A DNA stretch of 64,000 nt, from NCBI GenBank assembly GCA_009885955.1, contig VFJS01000042.1:4623-68622 (forward strand), given 5' to 3'. Origin of the DNA: Spirochaetia bacterium. GTDB lineage: Bacteria > Spirochaetota > UBA4802 > UBA5550. The translations under genes and the position numbers were made by a program. Under the pieces are notes generated by a model. The model was not told the origin of the DNA. It did not search any database and saw only the letters and a program-made list of their open reading frames with translations. Shown one piece after another: positions 61,182 through 64,000 of the stretch; positions within the stretch are counted from its first letter, which is position 1, and the number at the start of each line of letters is the position of its first letter.

Positions 61182-63299
61182 ATGGGTCTTCTATCAAAAG
61201 CTTTGCGATACAGAGAAAACCGTAAAGGGGTTGATGATGAGGGAGACAAAAAAGATTCTGCCGGTGATTCAGATTTAAAACTGAAATCCGAGGATGAGAA
61301 GGATCTGGTAAATACAGGTGGTTCATGGAATGATGATGCAGGAAACCATCAAATTGCAGATGATAAATCTTTCGAAGTTATTGATCAGGATGATATTAAA
61401 AAAGCCGTGAGTGATAATACGGCGTTTACAGGAGACCGGGGTGAGATAACAGATGGTACACTAAAGCTTGTGGAAAGCCCCATATTTAATGAAGAAATTA
61501 AAATCCTTGATCATGTGGAGTATGTCACAGAACATAATACAATAGAAGATAAAAATGGCAGGATTGAAGGGACTGCCGGTATAACCAATAAGGTACATGA
61601 AGCTCCCGGCCTGGAAAAAACCGGCGGTACTGGAGATCCCAACCCGACGGCAGAAAATGTGGCATCACAGATTAACAGGAAGATAGAAACAATGGAAAAA
61701 GGAACCGACAGCAGGGCAGATGTGAAACAGGGATTAAATAAAAAAAATATTAATTCTGACTTTGCCGGTATTGAGAAGGTATCTGCATATGACTCTGAGG
61801 CAGATGCAATTGATGATTCATTTTCTGAGGATGTTTCCGGGGATGAGCTGAAGTTCAGCGATTTCATGCTGCTCTATGAAATCCAGAAAGAGATTGCCAG
61901 GGCGAATACCAATGATGAATTATACGATGCAATTCTATTTTCACTCATGGGGCAAATAGGCGCATCTTCATCATCCATAATGGTGAGGTCCGGCAATAAT
62001 GTGCATAAATGGGTTATCGTAAAATCCATTGGTGTAACTATAAACAATGAAGATTTATACTTTAATCCATCAGGTGGAATCCTAAAGGAGCTCTTTAACA
62101 GGAAGAAAATAATTGATATCGATGAATTTAAGAATAATCTGGAATTAATTGATGACTACTATAAATATATCTCAATTGATGCAAAAATTCTTGTCCCATT
62201 AATTCAGGGGTATGAAATTATCGGCACTGTAATTCTCGGAGAGAAACTTGATTCAGGAGATTACACCGATGAGGACAGGGAGTTCCTCAATTTTGTCGGT
62301 GAGGTTTCGGCAATTGCCCTGAATAATATAAATACGATGGAAATGATTATGAAAGTCAATGAAAATCTCAGCAGAGATTTCGGATATATAAGGGATGTTG
62401 ACAGGTTTAAAAAGAAGATCTTCAGTAACATGAACCTGTCCAGGGCTGAAACTGATCTTGCCTCAGAGTTTGACGGAATGGGGATCACTGGTTACGCTGT
62501 CTTTGTTAAAAATCAGGATGATAAGACATTCACCCCCCTTTTTATAGATAAAATTGATAATCTGAAAATAAGGGAAACAGGAATCACCTTCACCGAAAAA
62601 AGCAGTTTTATTAAATATATGAACAAGACTGAAATTCCGGTAGTAATTTTTAATCCGAAGGAATCGGATTTGATAAATGAAATTTTTAAAGTTGAACAGT
62701 TATTAAGAATTTCAATATTCAGGATATTTCCCTTTATCATGGGAAATAATGTATATGGATTTATATTGGTCTATAAAATTTCCGAAAGTGCTGTACTCGA
62801 TGAAATCGATAAGAAACTTTCGAGAATCTCGGAATTTTTATTCACACATACACAGAACATACAGCACTTTAATATAAGGCAGTCAAATTATATAGATACA
62901 GTAGAGATTCTTTTCAAGAGAATAGAAGAGGAGATCCTTAACGTTAAAAGCCTGGGAATACCTCTGACTATTGTCATGTTATCTGTTAAAAATTACAAGA
63001 GGTACTACGGTCTTTTCGGCAGCAGTGCCTACCAGAAGCTTGTAGACGGCCTTGAATCTGTTATTAGAAGAAGGATTTCGGACAGTGATTTTTCAATAAG
63101 GTACAGCAGGCAAAAAATACTTCTTGTCCTCCCCGGCAAAGACAAAAAATATGCCGCGCCCATGGCAAATTCCATAATTAATGAAATAACGGGAGCGTTC
63201 AACAGCAGGGAGATACAGTTGCTCATTACATCTCTGTCTGCTGAATATCCTGCAGATGGCAATGACCTGAACAGCCTTATTGATATTGTAGATTATTGA
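61182..63299 (+). CDS. acidic N-terminal region + two GAF-like domains + degenerate GGDEF domain (RYSRQKI in place of RYGGEEF)
   Basis: GAF-like segments around aa 215-330 and 400-520. The C-terminus (LTIVMLSVKNYKRYYGLFGSSAYQKLVDGL...RYSRQKILLVLPG) aligns to GGDEF but lacks the active-site motif. Confidence 0.55.
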   Translation: MGLLSKALRYRENRKGVDDEGDKKDSAGDSDLKLKSEDEKDLVNTGGSWNDDAGNHQIADDKSFEVIDQDDIKKAVSDNTAFTGDRGEITDGTLKLVESPIFNEEIKILDHVEYVTEHNTIEDKNGRIEGTAGITNKVHEAPGLEKTGGTGDPNPTAENVASQINRKIETMEKGTDSRADVKQGLNKKNINSDFAGIEKVSAYDSEADAIDDSFSEDVSGDELKFSDFMLLYEIQKEIARANTNDELYDAILFSLMGQIGASSSSIMVRSGNNVHKWVIVKSIGVTINNEDLYFNPSGGILKELFNRKKIIDIDEFKNNLELIDDYYKYISIDAKILVPLIQGYEIIGTVILGEKLDSGDYTDEDREFLNFVGEVSAIALNNINTMEMIMKVNENLSRDFGYIRDVDRFKKKIFSNMNLSRAETDLASEFDGMGITGYAVFVKNQDDKTFTPLFIDKIDNLKIRETGITFTEKSSFIKYMNKTEIPVVIFNPKESDLINEIFKVEQLLRISIFRIFPFIMGNNVYGFILVYKISESAVLDEIDKKLSRISEFLFTHTQNIQHFNIRQSNYIDTVEILFKRIEEEILNVKSLGIPLTIVMLSVKNYKRYYGLFGSSAYQKLVDGLESVIRRRISDSDFSIRYSRQKILLVLPGKDKKYAAPMANSIINEITGAFNSREIQLLITSLSAEYPADGNDLNSLIDIVDY

Positions 63300-63308
63300 G
63301 AAACACCA

Positions 63309-64000
63309 GTGACGCTAAACCCCGGAGATTTTACTCTGGTTCATGGGGGGTGCTATTTTATCGGCATACCTTCGCAGGCATTGGAAAAACTTCACCCGGC
63401 AATTCACGGCAGTTCCATTAAAAAAGAATATCTGCAAACCTCCTCACCCCGGCATGAGATCAATATTAACGACGTTTGCATATCACAGAGGCTTGTGACA
63501 TGCTCGGATTTCGGGGATTTCTCAATAGAAACCGGCTATAAAACAGAGGCGGAAGCAGATGGCTGGGGCTGGGTATGGGAGAGGGGATGGGAGAAAAGAA
63601 AAGGAGCAAACTGGAAAAATCCTTTCGGATGCAATCGGGATGATATGTACAGGGAGGGGGGAAGGTATATTCCCGTTTTACAAATAACATGGAATGATTC
63701 AATGGAATATTGCAGATGGCTTTCAGGAAAATCAGGCAGGAATGTGCGGCTTCCCGGTGAAGGGGAATGGGAAGTATTTGCCGGTATGTGCGGCGCAGGT
63801 AATATTGACACCTTGATTGAATTGGATAAAGAAATGATAGGAGAGAAAAAAATAGGGGAAGATTATTTTTTTTTGGAAGTCAAACGATTCAATCCATTTA
63901 TTTTGCCAGGGCTCATTTGGGAATGGACCATGGACTGGTTTAATGCTTATCCCGGCGGGGAACCCCACAGGGATTTTGGCCTTGTCTACAAGGTCCTCAG
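63309..64000 (+). CDS. FGE-sulfatase (SUMF1/EgtB-like) family protein, 3'-truncated at the window end
   Basis: GTG start. Motifs VTCSDF..TGYKTEAEADGWGWV, RLPGEGEWEVFAG and WEWTMDWF. Not in the ORF track because it has no ATG and no in-window stop. Confidence 0.65.
   Translation, partial: MTLNPGDFTLVHGGCYFIGIPSQALEKLHPAIHGSSIKKEYLQTSSPRHEININDVCISQRLVTCSDFGDFSIETGYKTEAEADGWGWVWERGWEKRKGANWKNPFGCNRDDMYREGGRYIPVLQITWNDSMEYCRWLSGKSGRNVRLPGEGEWEVFAGMCGAGNIDTLIELDKEMIGEKKIGEDYFFLEVKRFNPFILPGLIWEWTMDWFNAYPGGEPHRDFGLVYKVL

Overview
This 64-kb window is mostly conserved bacterial chromosome. GC content looks moderate (mid-40s % by eye), and several lipoboxes, hprK/ptsH and a spirochaete-style che operon are present; I do not assign a taxon. 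The + strand carries, in order, the following.

- **Chemotaxis operon:** a receiver–PP2C phosphatase gene, then cheA, a STAS protein, cheY, cheW, cheD, cheR, a second cheD and cheB.
- **Housekeeping block:** a TolC-like gene, hpf–hprK–ptsH, a histidine kinase / sigma-54 response-regulator pair, a UDG-like gene, priA, a GGDEF gene, PBP1A, an M23 peptidase and two tandem CNNM/TlyC genes.
- **Accessory island, about 30.0–32.7 kb:** a HIT gene on the minus strand sits at the left edge of a roughly 2.5-kb island bounded by 128-bp direct repeats that duplicate the HIT 5' end. The island holds a GC-rich MITE-like element, a phase-variable PEGA lipoprotein gene that is OFF through a (TC)9 tract in its signal peptide, an antitoxin/PIN/DUF2283 operon and a truncated nucleotidyltransferase gene.
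- **Downstream genes:** a Ser/Thr kinase–USP fusion, rubrerythrin, leuA preceded by a Leu-rich leader peptide and terminator (classic attenuator layout), a metallophosphoesterase, an outer-membrane protein gene, pfk on the minus strand, recA with a 16x (D/E-x-K/R) C-terminal tail, map, a PpiC lipoprotein, atpZ plus the complete atpBEFHAGDC operon, an acidic protein plus a GAF-GAF-degenerate-GGDEF pair, and a 3'-truncated FGE-sulfatase gene.

Three copies of a GC-rich structured repeat family lie in intergenic regions. Two findings stand out: a tandem MshEN-like motif embedded in CheA, and the duplication-bounded island with the phase-variable lipoprotein. All calls rest on motif recognition by eye; no searches were run.
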